Below are positions 31,545 through 42,248 of a stretch of 64,000 nt of DNA, piece by piece. The notes beneath the pieces were generated by a model. The model searched no databases, was not told the origin of the DNA, and saw nothing but the letters and a program-made list of their open reading frames with translations. The stretch comes from an uncultured Clostridia bacterium. Its GTDB lineage: Bacteria; Bacillota; Clostridia; TANB77; CAG-508. Position 1 is the first letter of the stretch, and each line of letters starts with the position of its first letter. The stretch is from positions 109,542-173,541 of the forward strand of contig CAKPRG010000003.1 of assembly GCA_934182465.1 (NCBI GenBank), given 5' to 3'. Position numbers and translations under genes: made by a program.

Positions 31545-32223
31545 TTATATTCAATTCCTTTTTTACTACTTTATATATTTCTTCATGTATCTCATCTATT
31601 GTTTTTAATTTTTTATTTTCATCTACGCATTTAATTTCATTCCAGTCATATTTTCCAACTAAACTACATGCAGCATTATAGCTTTCTTCTAAATATTTTG
31701 GATTTCTTTCATGAATGTCTTTTTCTTGTGTATGTGAAAATTTATTTTCTCTATCTTTCATTAATTTTAAAGAAATTCCTATTGGCATATTTAGAAAAAA
31801 TACTTGGCTTGGTTTTGGTAGTCCATATAAATTGAATTCTAAATCAAATAACCAATTTAAAAATTTTTCTCTTTCTTTTTCGTCTGTTATTTTTCCAGCT
31901 TGATGTACCATATTTGCAGTTGTATATCTATCTGCTAATATAATTCCACCATTTTCATAATATTCTTGATATCCTTTTTTAAATGTAGCATATCTATCTA
32001 CTGCATAAAAAGTTGAAGCCACATACGGACTTACTGAATTTGGATCTTCACCAAATTCACCAGATAAATACATTTTTACTAAACTTGAAGAAGGACTATC
32101 ATAATTTGGAAATGATACTGTTTTATAATCTATTCCTTCTTTTGTTAATCTTTCTTGTAATTTTTTAAATTGTGTTTGTTTTCCACTACCATCTGTTCCA
32201 TCTATTACAAATAATTTTCCCAT
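31537..32223 (-). CDS. deoxynucleoside / thymidylate kinase-family P-loop kinase
   Basis: FVIDGTDGSGKQTQ P-loop and DRY motif. Confidence 0.7.
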   Translation of the reverse strand: MGKLFVIDGTDGSGKQTQFKKLQERLTKEGIDYKTVSFPNYDSPSSSLVKMYLSGEFGEDPNSVSPYVASTFYAVDRYATFKKGYQEYYENGGIILADRYTTANMVHQAGKITDEKEREKFLNWLFDLEFNLYGLPKPSQVFFLNMPIGISLKLMKDRENKFSHTQEKDIHERNPKYLEESYNAACSLVGKYDWNEIKCVDENKKLKTIDEIHEEIYKVVKKELNISE

Positions 32224-32289
32224 TTTATTAAAACTAATTAGCCAATAAATGGCTAATTAGATCCTCCTCATATATAATTATTTCTTTTT

Positions 32290-33888
32290 TTATTTCTTTT
32301 CGATTCTTGTAAATAAAGGTTCTATATTTTCTAATTGCAATCCTTTTTTAGCTTCTATATAATCCCAACTAGCTTTTTCTATTTGTAAATATTTACGAAT
32401 TTTTTCACAAGCAACTGGCATTATTGGTTCGAATAAATTTGATAAATTTGCTATAATTGTAGAACATGTGTATATAATATTGTTGAATTTATTTATATCT
32501 TCTTTTTTAGCAATCCATGGTTCACTTGAATCGTAGTATTTATTAGCTTCTTCAACAAGTCCCATTATTTTTTTAACTGCTTCTCTAAATTCTAGATTTT
32601 CTATATCTTCTCCAACTAATTTATAAGTATTTTCAATTTTTTCTTTCATTTCTGGATTCATTTCACCATTTGGAATTTCTGTTAATCCTTTAAATCTTAA
32701 AGTACGATTTACTAAATTTCCAAATTTATTTAAAATTTCTCCATTATGAGTATTTTCAAAATCTTCTATTGTAAAGTTTGTATCTTTCTTTTCTGGTCCA
32801 TTTGATATTAAATGATATCTTAATGAATCTGAATCATATATGTCTAAAGCTTCTAGAGCTGTCATTCCTATACCTTTACTCTTTGAGAATTTTTGGTCAT
32901 TAAAGTTTAAGTATTCTGCTGAAACAATAGTATCTACTAAATGATAATTTTCTTCTTGACCTAGTAGTAAAGCATTTAAAATTATACTATGGAACATAAT
33001 ATTGTCTTTTCCATGACACATATAAATTTTGTTGTTATGTCCTTCTTTCCAGAAATCTTCCCAATTCATATTTCTGTCTTCGCAAACTTTCATTGTGTCT
33101 GTTAAATATCCAAGAACTGCATCAATCCATACATACATTCTTTTATCTTCATATCCATCAACTGGAATTTCTACACCCCAATTTAAGTCTCTTGTTACTG
33201 CTCTATCAACTAAACCTTGTTTTAAATATTTATAAGTTTCATTTCTAGCATTAATTCTCCAAGAAGAATTTACTTCTTTTGTATGTTCTTCTATTTGTTT
33301 TTGGAATTTTGATAAAGCCAAATATAAAACTTTATTATCTCTTTCTGAAATTTTAGAACCACATTCTATACAAGTTCCTGCTTTTAATTCATCAGCAGTA
33401 GGAACATGTAAGCAATTATCACATTGGTCACCTTTTGTTTCTTGTCCACATTCTGGGCAAGTAAGTAATATTTCTCTATCTGCTAAAAATTTATTACAAT
33501 GTTCACAAAAAGCTTGTTTTTCTATTTTTTCATATATATATCCATTATCATAAAGCTTTCTAAAAAGTTCTTTTACTTTTTCTTTATGATATTCATTATC
33601 TGTTTTTGTGTATAAATCATAAGAAAAGTTTAATTTTTCAAACATTGTTTTAAATTCTTCGTGATATCTTCCGGCAATATCTCTTGGATTTACTTTTTCT
33701 CTTTTAGCTCTTTCTGTAATAGGTGTACCATGACAGTCTGAACCTGATACATAAAGTACATTATTTCCTTTTAAACGAAAATATCTCGCTAATACATCTC
33801 CTGATATTAATCCTGCAATATGTCCTAAATGAAGTGAACTATTTGCATAAGGCCATGCTCCACCAATAATTATATTTTTTTTATTCAT
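32290..33888 (-). CDS. metG: methionine--tRNA ligase (short form)
   Basis: HLGH (HIGH-like) and KFSKS (KMSKS) motifs, zinc knuckles C-x2-C. Confidence 0.92.
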   Translation of the reverse strand: MNKKNIIIGGAWPYANSSLHLGHIAGLISGDVLARYFRLKGNNVLYVSGSDCHGTPITERAKREKVNPRDIAGRYHEEFKTMFEKLNFSYDLYTKTDNEYHKEKVKELFRKLYDNGYIYEKIEKQAFCEHCNKFLADREILLTCPECGQETKGDQCDNCLHVPTADELKAGTCIECGSKISERDNKVLYLALSKFQKQIEEHTKEVNSSWRINARNETYKYLKQGLVDRAVTRDLNWGVEIPVDGYEDKRMYVWIDAVLGYLTDTMKVCEDRNMNWEDFWKEGHNNKIYMCHGKDNIMFHSIILNALLLGQEENYHLVDTIVSAEYLNFNDQKFSKSKGIGMTALEALDIYDSDSLRYHLISNGPEKKDTNFTIEDFENTHNGEILNKFGNLVNRTLRFKGLTEIPNGEMNPEMKEKIENTYKLVGEDIENLEFREAVKKIMGLVEEANKYYDSSEPWIAKKEDINKFNNIIYTCSTIIANLSNLFEPIMPVACEKIRKYLQIEKASWDYIEAKKGLQLENIEPLFTRIEKK

Positions 33889-33963
33889 TAAAATTTCATT
33901 CCTTTCTTGCTTCCTAAAAACCACATATAATAATTATTATTTTCATACTATATGTCTTTTAGG

Positions 33964-34296
33964 TTATACTTTATCCCAAAACCAAGATAAACTATCGTCA
34001 TAACTTTTTTTGTTTTTCTTTTTTGCAACAATATCATCTACCCATAAGAAAGCAATAAAACTTACTAACAATAAAATAAATCCTACAGCTAAATAATTGT
34101 ATTGATTTGTAATAAGTTCAGTTTGTTCACTTGATAATTTATCTAAGTGCATTGAATGATAAATTAAAAAGCATAAGTTTCCTATTGTAGCTATTCCTGG
34201 TATAACGGGTTGTTCTAGTTTTCTCCCTAAAATAATCATTAGTACTGTAATAGCAGTTGCACTTAATATGCCTGCAAAAACTGGTAAAGTTTCCAT
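33964..34296 (-). CDS. hypothetical small membrane protein
   Basis: Three predicted TM helices. Confidence 0.35.
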   Translation of the reverse strand: METLPVFAGILSATAITVLMIILGRKLEQPVIPGIATIGNLCFLIYHSMHLDKLSSEQTELITNQYNYLAVGFILLLVSFIAFLWVDDIVAKKKNKKSYDDSLSWFWDKV

Positions 34297-34352
34297 AATT
34301 TTTCTCCTTTGTATTTTTATAAATTAAAAATATTTATTATATATTGTATATT

Positions 34353-35666
34353 TTAATGAGTTCTTCCTTCACTATGGTTTGATCCATAATGTTCTATAGT
34401 ATCTCCATATCCATCATCTTTTTCTTCTTGTTGTTCTTCTTCCTTATCTTCTGTTTTATCTTTTTCTTCTTCTTGCATTTTATTTTGAATTGGATCTAAA
34501 ACAACTCCTGTTTCTTTTTCCAAATAATCCATTGCTGAATCAGCATTTTCATATGCATTTTCAATTTCTTCTGGTGTACTTGCATGTTGTATATTAACTT
34601 CCAACATATCTTTTATTGTTTCAACTTTTTCTTGTACAGTTAGTTTTTCTAAATCAGACATTCTAGAATTAATTGGTTCTTCATCTAGATTTACTTTAAC
34701 TATTTCTCCATCTTCAAATGAGTATGTTACAACAAGTTCTTGGTCTTTATCAGCCTCTGCATTTTCTACTGTTGCACCAAATTTACTATCTGAATCCATT
34801 CTTCTAGAAAGCTCATCATCATATCTTCCTGTTTTGTCTACTCTACTATCTTGAACTAAAACATTTTTGTTTTTTTCTATGCCATCTTTTAATTGTAAAA
34901 CTATAACCTCTCCACCAGTTTCACTAAGGTTTTCACCTTCAATTGAATTTGTTAAAGATTTTGGGTTTCTAACAAACATTACATTTTTTAGCATAGATTT
35001 TTTTATTCCAGCTTTTTCACAAGCTTCATCAATTTTTCCTTTGTATTCTTCTGGAATTTGCTCTTCTGATTCTTCTTTTTCTTCTTTTATTTCTCCATCT
35101 TCTACTTCTAATTCTTTATCTTTAAAGTCACTATTTTTCTTTTTTACTTCTTCTAATGCTTCTTTTGGATTATCTGCAACTATTTTTTCTCCTTTTGCAT
35201 TTTTTTCTGCAAGATCATCTAAGCTTTTAACATCTAGTATTTTATTTACTTCCTCTGGCGAAATTGCTTTTGATAAAACATCTTTATTAGCTTTTAATTT
35301 TTGATTTAATTTTTCAGCCAACTTAAATGACTCTGGTGCTTCTTTTCCATCTATTGTTAAAGCCATAACAGCTAAATCTCTACCCGTAGAATCAATTATA
35401 AGATTCATCTTAAAAGCACTTCCATCAGGTCTTGTAACATCTATAGGAACTACATAAGTTCTTTTATTTTGTTTGCTGTCTATAACATCTTGTGATACTG
35501 GATGTTCTAATCTATGATTAGATAAATAATCTGATAATGTTGATATATTTTGCGTATCCATAATTCCACCTGTTTTTCTTAAATTATCAGATTTATCCCA
35601 AGTTATCGCTGCTACAAAAGCTTGCTCTATAGGACTTAGTATTGTATTTTCTCTTCCTTTTGCCAT
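34353..35666 (-). CDS. hypothetical acidic protein (E/K/D-rich C-terminal half)
   Basis: ORF only, good codon usage. Confidence 0.35.
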   Translation of the reverse strand: MAKGRENTILSPIEQAFVAAITWDKSDNLRKTGGIMDTQNISTLSDYLSNHRLEHPVSQDVIDSKQNKRTYVVPIDVTRPDGSAFKMNLIIDSTGRDLAVMALTIDGKEAPESFKLAEKLNQKLKANKDVLSKAISPEEVNKILDVKSLDDLAEKNAKGEKIVADNPKEALEEVKKKNSDFKDKELEVEDGEIKEEKEESEEQIPEEYKGKIDEACEKAGIKKSMLKNVMFVRNPKSLTNSIEGENLSETGGEVIVLQLKDGIEKNKNVLVQDSRVDKTGRYDDELSRRMDSDSKFGATVENAEADKDQELVVTYSFEDGEIVKVNLDEEPINSRMSDLEKLTVQEKVETIKDMLEVNIQHASTPEEIENAYENADSAMDYLEKETGVVLDPIQNKMQEEEKDKTEDKEEEQQEEKDDGYGDTIEHYGSNHSEGRTH

Positions 35667-35681
35667 AAAAACCTCCCAAAA

Positions 35682-37043
35682 TTAATTTAATTTTTTCTCT
35701 ATTAAATCTGCTAATTCCTTTGCTCTTTTTGTTATATATTCTTGATTTTCTCCTTCTATCATAACACGAACTTTAGGTTCTGTTCCTGAAGGTCTAATTA
35801 GTACTCTTCCATTTCCTGCAAATTCTTTTTCTAGTTTTTCAATATTTTCTTTTATTTCTTTATCTTTTTCATAATCCCTTTTTTTATTCTCTAATACTTT
35901 TGCATTTATTAAAACTTGAGGATAAATATTTATAATTTTTTTTGCTTCTGAAGCTTTTTTATTTTGACTTAAAATTGATTTTATTAACATTAGAGATGTT
36001 AATATTCCATCTCCAGTAGGATTATAATCTAATAAAATTATATGTCCTGATTGTTCTCCACCTAAGTTATAATTATTTTTTAGCATTTCTTCTAAAACAT
36101 ATCTGTCTCCTACTTTAGTTTGTATAAAATTAATATTTTGTGTTTCAGCAAATTTCTTCAATCCCAAATTGCTCATTACTGTTGCTACTAAAGTATTGTT
36201 TTTTAATTTATTTTCTGATTTTAGATAGTTAGCAATGATAGACATAATAATATCCCCATCTATAATCTCTCCATTTTCATCTACTGCTAAACATCTATCA
36301 CCATCTCCATCATATGCAATTCCTAATGATAACTTTTCTTCTTTTACTAGATTTGATATTGCTTCTATATGTGTAGAACCACATTTTTCATTTATATTAA
36401 TTCCATCTGGTTTATTGTTTATAATTTTATATTTGATACCTAATTTTTTATAAACTTTCTCAGCTAGTTCAAAAGTTGCACCATTTGCTGTATCTATTCC
36501 AACGCAAAAATCTTTTGGCAAATTATCAAATTCGTTTTTAAACAAATTTGTAATAAATTCTATATATTCTTCTATGTACTCTGTTGCGTTTTCTGACACA
36601 CCAATTTTATCTGATACAGCTACCATTTCAGACAATTGATCTGAATCTAATATTGACTCAATTTCTTCTTCTATTTCATCTGGAATTTTCATTCCTTTAT
36701 TACTAAAATATTTTACACCATTAAATTCATAAGTATTGTGTGATGCTGATATAACAACACTAGCATCTGCGCCTGTTTTTTTAGTTAAATATGCAACAAC
36801 TGGTGTTGGTATTACACCTAACAATTTCACATTTGCACCATAACTTAAAAAACCTGCTGTCATAGCACTTTCTATTAATGTTCCAGATATTCTAGTATCT
36901 CTTCCAATTAAAATTGTTGGTACATGATTAGAATGTTTTGCAAGTACATGTGCACCTGCTTTTGCAACACGAAATACTAAATCTGGTGTAAGTTCTGTAT
37001 TAGCTATTCTTCTAATACCATCTGTTCCGAAGTATTTTCTCAT
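35682..37043 (-). CDS. glmM: phosphoglucosamine mutase
   Basis: MRKYFGTDGIRR... active-site SASHN, GDGDR. Confidence 0.92.
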   Translation of the reverse strand: MRKYFGTDGIRRIANTELTPDLVFRVAKAGAHVLAKHSNHVPTILIGRDTRISGTLIESAMTAGFLSYGANVKLLGVIPTPVVAYLTKKTGADASVVISASHNTYEFNGVKYFSNKGMKIPDEIEEEIESILDSDQLSEMVAVSDKIGVSENATEYIEEYIEFITNLFKNEFDNLPKDFCVGIDTANGATFELAEKVYKKLGIKYKIINNKPDGININEKCGSTHIEAISNLVKEEKLSLGIAYDGDGDRCLAVDENGEIIDGDIIMSIIANYLKSENKLKNNTLVATVMSNLGLKKFAETQNINFIQTKVGDRYVLEEMLKNNYNLGGEQSGHIILLDYNPTGDGILTSLMLIKSILSQNKKASEAKKIINIYPQVLINAKVLENKKRDYEKDKEIKENIEKLEKEFAGNGRVLIRPSGTEPKVRVMIEGENQEYITKRAKELADLIEKKLN

Positions 37044-37176
37044 TGTAATCCTCCTACCGCTATTATTAGCCTTTATTATTATATCTATATATTACTTAAA
37101 ATTCAATATTTTGTGATAAATTTCTAACGAATTATATAAAATAGCTCGAACTTAATTCCGAGCTATTACAATAAAT

Positions 37177-39285
37177 TTAATATAATTTTGTATTTTTAGT
37201 TTTTGGATATAGATTTTCTTCTATGTACTCATCCGTCATTTTAGATTCTTCACGTTCTTTATTTTTTTCTTCTTCTTTTTGTAATTTTATTTTTTCTAGT
37301 TCTAATTCTCTTAGTTTCTTTTGTTCTTCTTTTTCTTCTCTTAACTTTTTAAATTCTATTTCTTTTAGTCTTTTTTGTTCTTCTTTTTCTTCTCTTAACT
37401 TTTCTAATTCTATTTCTTTTAGCCTTTTTTGTTCTTCTTTTTCTTTTCTTATTTTCTCTAACTCAATTTCTCGTTTTTCTTTCTCTTTTTGCATTTCTTC
37501 TATTCTTATTTTTTCAAGCTTTTCGTGTTCAATTCGCTTTTCTTCTTGAATTTTATTTCTTATTTCTAATTTTTCAGCTTTTTGTATTGCTCTTTCTTCC
37601 AAAATTTTTGAGTATTTTTCTTTTAAGTTTTTATATATTTTATTAATTTTTATATCTTTTTTTTGTTCAGTTATATTTGATTTATTTATTTGCTCTTTTT
37701 GAAGTATTTCACATTCTTTTTCTTGTATCTCTGCTAAGTTTCTAGCTTCTGGCAATCTAGCTATTTCTTTTTTTTTTAGAATATTTTGTACAAATATTCT
37801 AACTTTTTTTAAATTTATATTGATTTTATTTACTACTTTTTGAAAAAAATTTTTAATAGAATCTATTTTACTTGTTTTCTTTTCTTCATTGTAATAATAA
37901 TATTTTGAATTTCGCTTCGAAGATTTTATAGGTACACAATTTATACAAGTTCCTAGTATTTTTCCACCAACTGATTCTATTCCGTTTTTTACTTTTTTCA
38001 AATCATCTTTTTTAGTTTTATTGTATAAAGTAACTATAATTGTACTTCCTAACATTCTTGCTAATATTAGAGAATCTGTTATTGGAACTATTGGTGCTCC
38101 ATCAAAAATAATAATATCATAACATTTTTTTAATTCTTCAATCATTTTTTCTAATTTTGGAGATGATAATAATTCTGATGGATTAGGTGGTACTGTTCCT
38201 GATGTAATTACATTTAAGTTTGGAACTTCTGTTTCTTTTATAAATTTTCCTAAATCTTCGTTTAATTCTACTCCGTTTTCATCTAAATTTGATATGTAAT
38301 TTGAAAGACCTCTATTACTTGGTAAATTAAAAACTTTTGCTTGTCTTCCTTTGCGCATATCTGCATCAACTAAAATAACTTTTTTTCCAACTTGTGCAAA
38401 TGTTATTGCTAAATTTGCAGAAACATAACTTTTTCCTTCTGATTGAAAGCAACTTGTTATTAAAAATGTTTTTGCATCTTTTGAATTTGTATTTGAAAAT
38501 TGTACATTAGTTCGTAATGTTCTAAATGTTTCAGATATAATTGATTTTGGATCAGAATATGCAATTATTTCACTTGAAATTTTATTTTTTTGTTTTTTCT
38601 CTAATGGAATATTTATTAAATTTTTTACTCCTATATTTTCTTCTAATTGTTCTTCACTTTTTACAGTATTATCTAACAAATAATATAATAATATTAATCC
38701 ACTTGACAAAACAAAACCTATCAAAGCAGATATTCCTAAATCTTTTTTATGATTTATATTGTATGGAGTTCCACTTGGAATAGCTTGGTCGACAATATAT
38801 ACATTATTTATATTATAGATATCTTTTATTTGCTCTGAAAATACTTTTGCTATTTCGTTTGCTATTTTGCAAGCTAGTTCTGGATTAGTATTTCTTACTC
38901 TTATTTGTATAAGTTGTGTTTGTTCTACTCTACTAACTATTGTTGACCCAATTATAGCTCCTTCACTTAAATTTAAGTTTAGATTTGCTATAACTTTTTG
39001 CACTAATGTTCTACTAGTTATTAATTTACTATATGTAGAAACTAAACTTGAGTTTATTGTTATTTCTGATTGTGCTATTTGATAATCATCTCTAATTTCT
39101 GTTGAATCACTAGAAAAATTACTGATTTTCCCTAACATTAAAGTTGTTGTTGATTCATATTTTGGAACAACATGGTAATAACTATAATAATAACCTATTG
39201 CTATACTTATTAATGTTACTATTGCAACAAACCATTTTTTCTTCCAATATACTAGTAATAATTCTTTTAGATCTATTTCTTCCAT
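37177..39285 (-). CDS. fused Wzz-like polysaccharide co-polymerase / BY-family tyrosine autokinase with long KE-rich repeat C-terminal tail
   Basis: N-terminal TM + Wzz domain, second TM, Walker A SEGKS, VDADMRK, IIFDGAP; C-terminal 18-aa tandem repeats; terminal Tyr residues. Confidence 0.75.
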   Translation of the reverse strand: MEEIDLKELLLVYWKKKWFVAIVTLISIAIGYYYSYYHVVPKYESTTTLMLGKISNFSSDSTEIRDDYQIAQSEITINSSLVSTYSKLITSRTLVQKVIANLNLNLSEGAIIGSTIVSRVEQTQLIQIRVRNTNPELACKIANEIAKVFSEQIKDIYNINNVYIVDQAIPSGTPYNINHKKDLGISALIGFVLSSGLILLYYLLDNTVKSEEQLEENIGVKNLINIPLEKKQKNKISSEIIAYSDPKSIISETFRTLRTNVQFSNTNSKDAKTFLITSCFQSEGKSYVSANLAITFAQVGKKVILVDADMRKGRQAKVFNLPSNRGLSNYISNLDENGVELNEDLGKFIKETEVPNLNVITSGTVPPNPSELLSSPKLEKMIEELKKCYDIIIFDGAPIVPITDSLILARMLGSTIIVTLYNKTKKDDLKKVKNGIESVGGKILGTCINCVPIKSSKRNSKYYYYNEEKKTSKIDSIKNFFQKVVNKININLKKVRIFVQNILKKKEIARLPEARNLAEIQEKECEILQKEQINKSNITEQKKDIKINKIYKNLKEKYSKILEERAIQKAEKLEIRNKIQEEKRIEHEKLEKIRIEEMQKEKEKREIELEKIRKEKEEQKRLKEIELEKLREEKEEQKRLKEIEFKKLREEKEEQKKLRELELEKIKLQKEEEKNKEREESKMTDEYIEENLYPKTKNTKLY
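37293..37472 (-). repeat. in-frame 54-bp tandem repeats (at least 3 copies) encoding LREEKEEQKRLKEIELEK units in the BY-kinase tail
   Basis: TCTCTTAACT recurs at 37347 and 37401 (period 54). Confidence 0.7.
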
Positions 39286-39649
39286 ATATGTTCTCCTTTA
39301 ATATAATGATTAGCATCATATGGGATATTTACCATATTTTATTTGCTATTATTATTTTTGTCGAATAATAATATATTTATTTCCAATAATTATATTATCA
39401 TATATTTTTTCTCAAACATAAAAAGACGCAAATATATAGTAATTATATTTACATCTTTTGTACATAACATTTATTTGCGCTTATTATATCAGCCTTTTTT
39501 TATAAATTCAAGTAAATTCGACACATATTTCAAAAAATTTGATAAATTCTCGTACAAGTTTTTGCCAAAAAGAAAAAGTAGTAATTCCTCCTGACTTGAA
39601 TTACTACTTTTCTTGTAACATTTATTGAATTTGATTACTAGCTAATTAA

Positions 39650-40072
39650 TTAAACATTATAATCAGATACTTTTTTGTAAGCATATAATGCTGATCCAAC
39701 GAAAGCTACTGCTAAAACAACTGCACCTAATATATTTCCATTTCCTGCATATGGTAATTTAGATGTGTTAGCTGTATTTTTAGCTGTATTTACAGTTGAA
39801 TTTGTATTTGTATTGTTGTAACTACTAACTGCTGCATTTATTGAAGTTGAATTTGTATTTACTTTATTATTAGTAGTTGCATTAGTTGTTGTTGCATTTA
39901 TACTAATAGAACCTGCATTTGTATTTGTTGCATTTGTAGTACTTGGTGTAACTGTTACTGAATTTGCTGTAATTTGAGTTGCATCACTCATTACATTTCC
40001 AAATAATATAGCTACAACTGCTACAATTAATAAACTTATTAATAATTTTTGTTTTTTCATTTTTAACATCAC
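39650..40072 (-). CDS. secreted T/N-rich surface protein with C-terminal LPYAG-N-G + hydrophobic segment + KK tail
   Basis: Signal peptide; low-complexity T/N region; sorting-signal-like C-terminus. Confidence 0.5.
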   Translation of the reverse strand: MMLKMKKQKLLISLLIVAVVAILFGNVMSDATQITANSVTVTPSTTNATNTNAGSISINATTTNATTNNKVNTNSTSINAAVSSYNNTNTNSTVNTAKNTANTSKLPYAGNGNILGAVVLAVAFVGSALYAYKKVSDYNV

Positions 40073-40226
40073 CCTAATCTCCTATACTTATTATTTAATT
40101 TTTCTCTTTTTTTATACATCTACTAATATTATAGCACAAACTTTTTTCATTTCAAGTTTTTTCTACATATTTTTTATTACAAATGTGTAACACTTGCCAT
40201 TTTTTTGCATTTTTCTTTAAAATTCT

Positions 40227-41324
40227 CTATACATTAAATCTAAATAGTACTATATCTCCATCTTGCATTACATATTCTTTTCCTTCTGAACGAACTAAAC
40301 CTTTTTCCTTAGCTTGTACCATTGAATTATTTGCTTTTTCAGTTAAATCTTCAAAAGAAATAACTTCTGCTTTTATAAATCCTCTTTCTATATCTGAATG
40401 AATTTTACCAGCAGCTTGAGGAGCTTTTGTTCCTTTTTTTATTGTCCAAGCTCTAACTTCTGGTTCACCTGCTGTTAAGAAACTCATTAATCCAAGTAAA
40501 CTATAGCTTGCTTTTATTAATTTGTCTAATCCTGATTCTTGTAATCCAAGTGCATCTAGCATTTCTTTTTTATCTGCATCTTCTAAAGTACTTAACTCTT
40601 CTTCTATTTTTACACAAAGAGGAATTACTTCTGCATTTTCTTCTTTTGCATATTCTTTTACTTTTTGGACATTTTCATTAGAATCTGGATTTGCTAAGTC
40701 TTCTTCTGAAACATTTGCTACATACATAATTGGTTTTAATGTTAGTAAAAAGCTTTCTTTAAGAATTTCTTTTTCTTCGTCTGTATAATCTAAAGTTCTT
40801 GCTGATTTTCCATTTTCCAAAGCTTGTTTTACTTTTTCTAAAGTATCTATCTCAAATTGATATTTTTTATCACCTTTTACCAATTTTTTAGCTCTTTCTA
40901 ATCTTTTTTCTACAGTTTCTAAATCTGCAAATATTAATTCCAAATTAATTGTATCTATATCTCTAAGTGGTGAGATTGATCCATCAACATGAACAATATT
41001 TGAATCTTCAAAGCAACGAACTACTTCTAATATACTGTCAACTTCTCTTATGTGTGATAAAAATTTATTTCCCAATCCTTCACCTTTACTAGCTCCTTTT
41101 ACTAAACCAGCTATATCAACAAATTCTACTACTGCTTTTGTTACTTTTTCTGGATTGTAAATTTCTGCTAATTTATCTATTCTTTCATCTGGAACTGCTA
41201 CAACACCAACATTTGGCTCTATTGTACAAAAAGGATAATTTGCACATTCTGCTCCTGCTTTAGTAATACTATTAAATAATGTACTTTTTCCAACATTTGG
41301 AAGTCCAACTATTCCTATTTTCAT
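40227..41324 (-). CDS. ychF: ribosome-binding ATPase YchF
   Basis: MKIGIVGLPNVGKSTLFN...; TGS domain at C-terminus. Confidence 0.92.
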   Translation of the reverse strand: MKIGIVGLPNVGKSTLFNSITKAGAECANYPFCTIEPNVGVVAVPDERIDKLAEIYNPEKVTKAVVEFVDIAGLVKGASKGEGLGNKFLSHIREVDSILEVVRCFEDSNIVHVDGSISPLRDIDTINLELIFADLETVEKRLERAKKLVKGDKKYQFEIDTLEKVKQALENGKSARTLDYTDEEKEILKESFLLTLKPIMYVANVSEEDLANPDSNENVQKVKEYAKEENAEVIPLCVKIEEELSTLEDADKKEMLDALGLQESGLDKLIKASYSLLGLMSFLTAGEPEVRAWTIKKGTKAPQAAGKIHSDIERGFIKAEVISFEDLTEKANNSMVQAKEKGLVRSEGKEYVMQDGDIVLFRFNV

Positions 41325-41358
41325 TTTATTTTACCTTTCTTATATTCTATTTATGCAT

Positions 41359-41434
<76 letters not shown>

Positions 41435-41441
41435 AGAGGGC

Positions 41442-42086
41442 CTATTCATCATCATCTGAAATACATTTTATTGCTTTTTTTCTGATTCTTTGTATTGCAT
41501 TATCTACTGCTTTTACCTGTGCATCTAATTTTATTGCAATATTCACATAAGACTCTCCTTGAACATAAAAATCTAGTACTTTTTTTTCAAAGGTACTTAA
41601 ATTTTTATCTATCCTGCTTTCAACAGCTTCAAAATATTCTTTTTTTGTGATTGTTTCTAGTGGATCTTCTACTAATTTTGTATCTAATATTTCCATTATT
41701 GATGTTTCGTCATTTTCATCATATGCTGACGTATTTAATGAAAATGATGAATTTAATGGTATATGTTTTTGTCTGTTTGATGTTTTAATTGCTGTTATTA
41801 ACTGTCTTTCTATGCACAAATTAGCAAAAGTTTTGAATGAATTTTGTTTTTCAACATCAAAAGATTTGATAGCCTTGTACAAACCTATCATTCCTTCTTG
41901 TACCATATCCTCTTTTTCAGCACCAATTATAAAAAATTTATTTGCTTTCATGCTAACTATATCATTGTATTTTCCAATTAAAAAATCAAGTGCATTCTTA
42001 TCTCCTGAATGTACTAATTTTATCAATTCTTCATCTGGTACATCTTCATATTCACTTTTAAAAGAGTAATATTCTTTATTAGCCAT
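41442..42086 (-). CDS. sigH: RNA polymerase sigma factor SigH (sigma-70 family, sporulation initiation)
   Basis: KYNDIVSMKANKFFIIGAEKEDMVQEGMIGLYKAIKSFD matches SigH region 2; C-terminal HTH. Confidence 0.8.
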   Translation of the reverse strand: MANKEYYSFKSEYEDVPDEELIKLVHSGDKNALDFLIGKYNDIVSMKANKFFIIGAEKEDMVQEGMIGLYKAIKSFDVEKQNSFKTFANLCIERQLITAIKTSNRQKHIPLNSSFSLNTSAYDENDETSIMEILDTKLVEDPLETITKKEYFEAVESRIDKNLSTFEKKVLDFYVQGESYVNIAIKLDAQVKAVDNAIQRIRKKAIKCISDDDE

Positions 42087-42248
42087 TAAAATATGTTCCT
42101 CCTAGAGCTGTATATAGTCATATTATATGTAGAAAATTCAGTAATGTCAATACTTTTCACTAATAAAACACAGAACAAATAATAGATTTTTTATCATAAA
42201 AAAAGAACCACTTAAAAGTGATTCTTTTTTAACTGTATTTAGCAATTT

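Noticed and set aside
37293-37472. Possible CRISPR or intergenic repeat
   Set aside because: The 54-bp repeats are in-frame within a long ORF and encode a KE-rich coiled coil.
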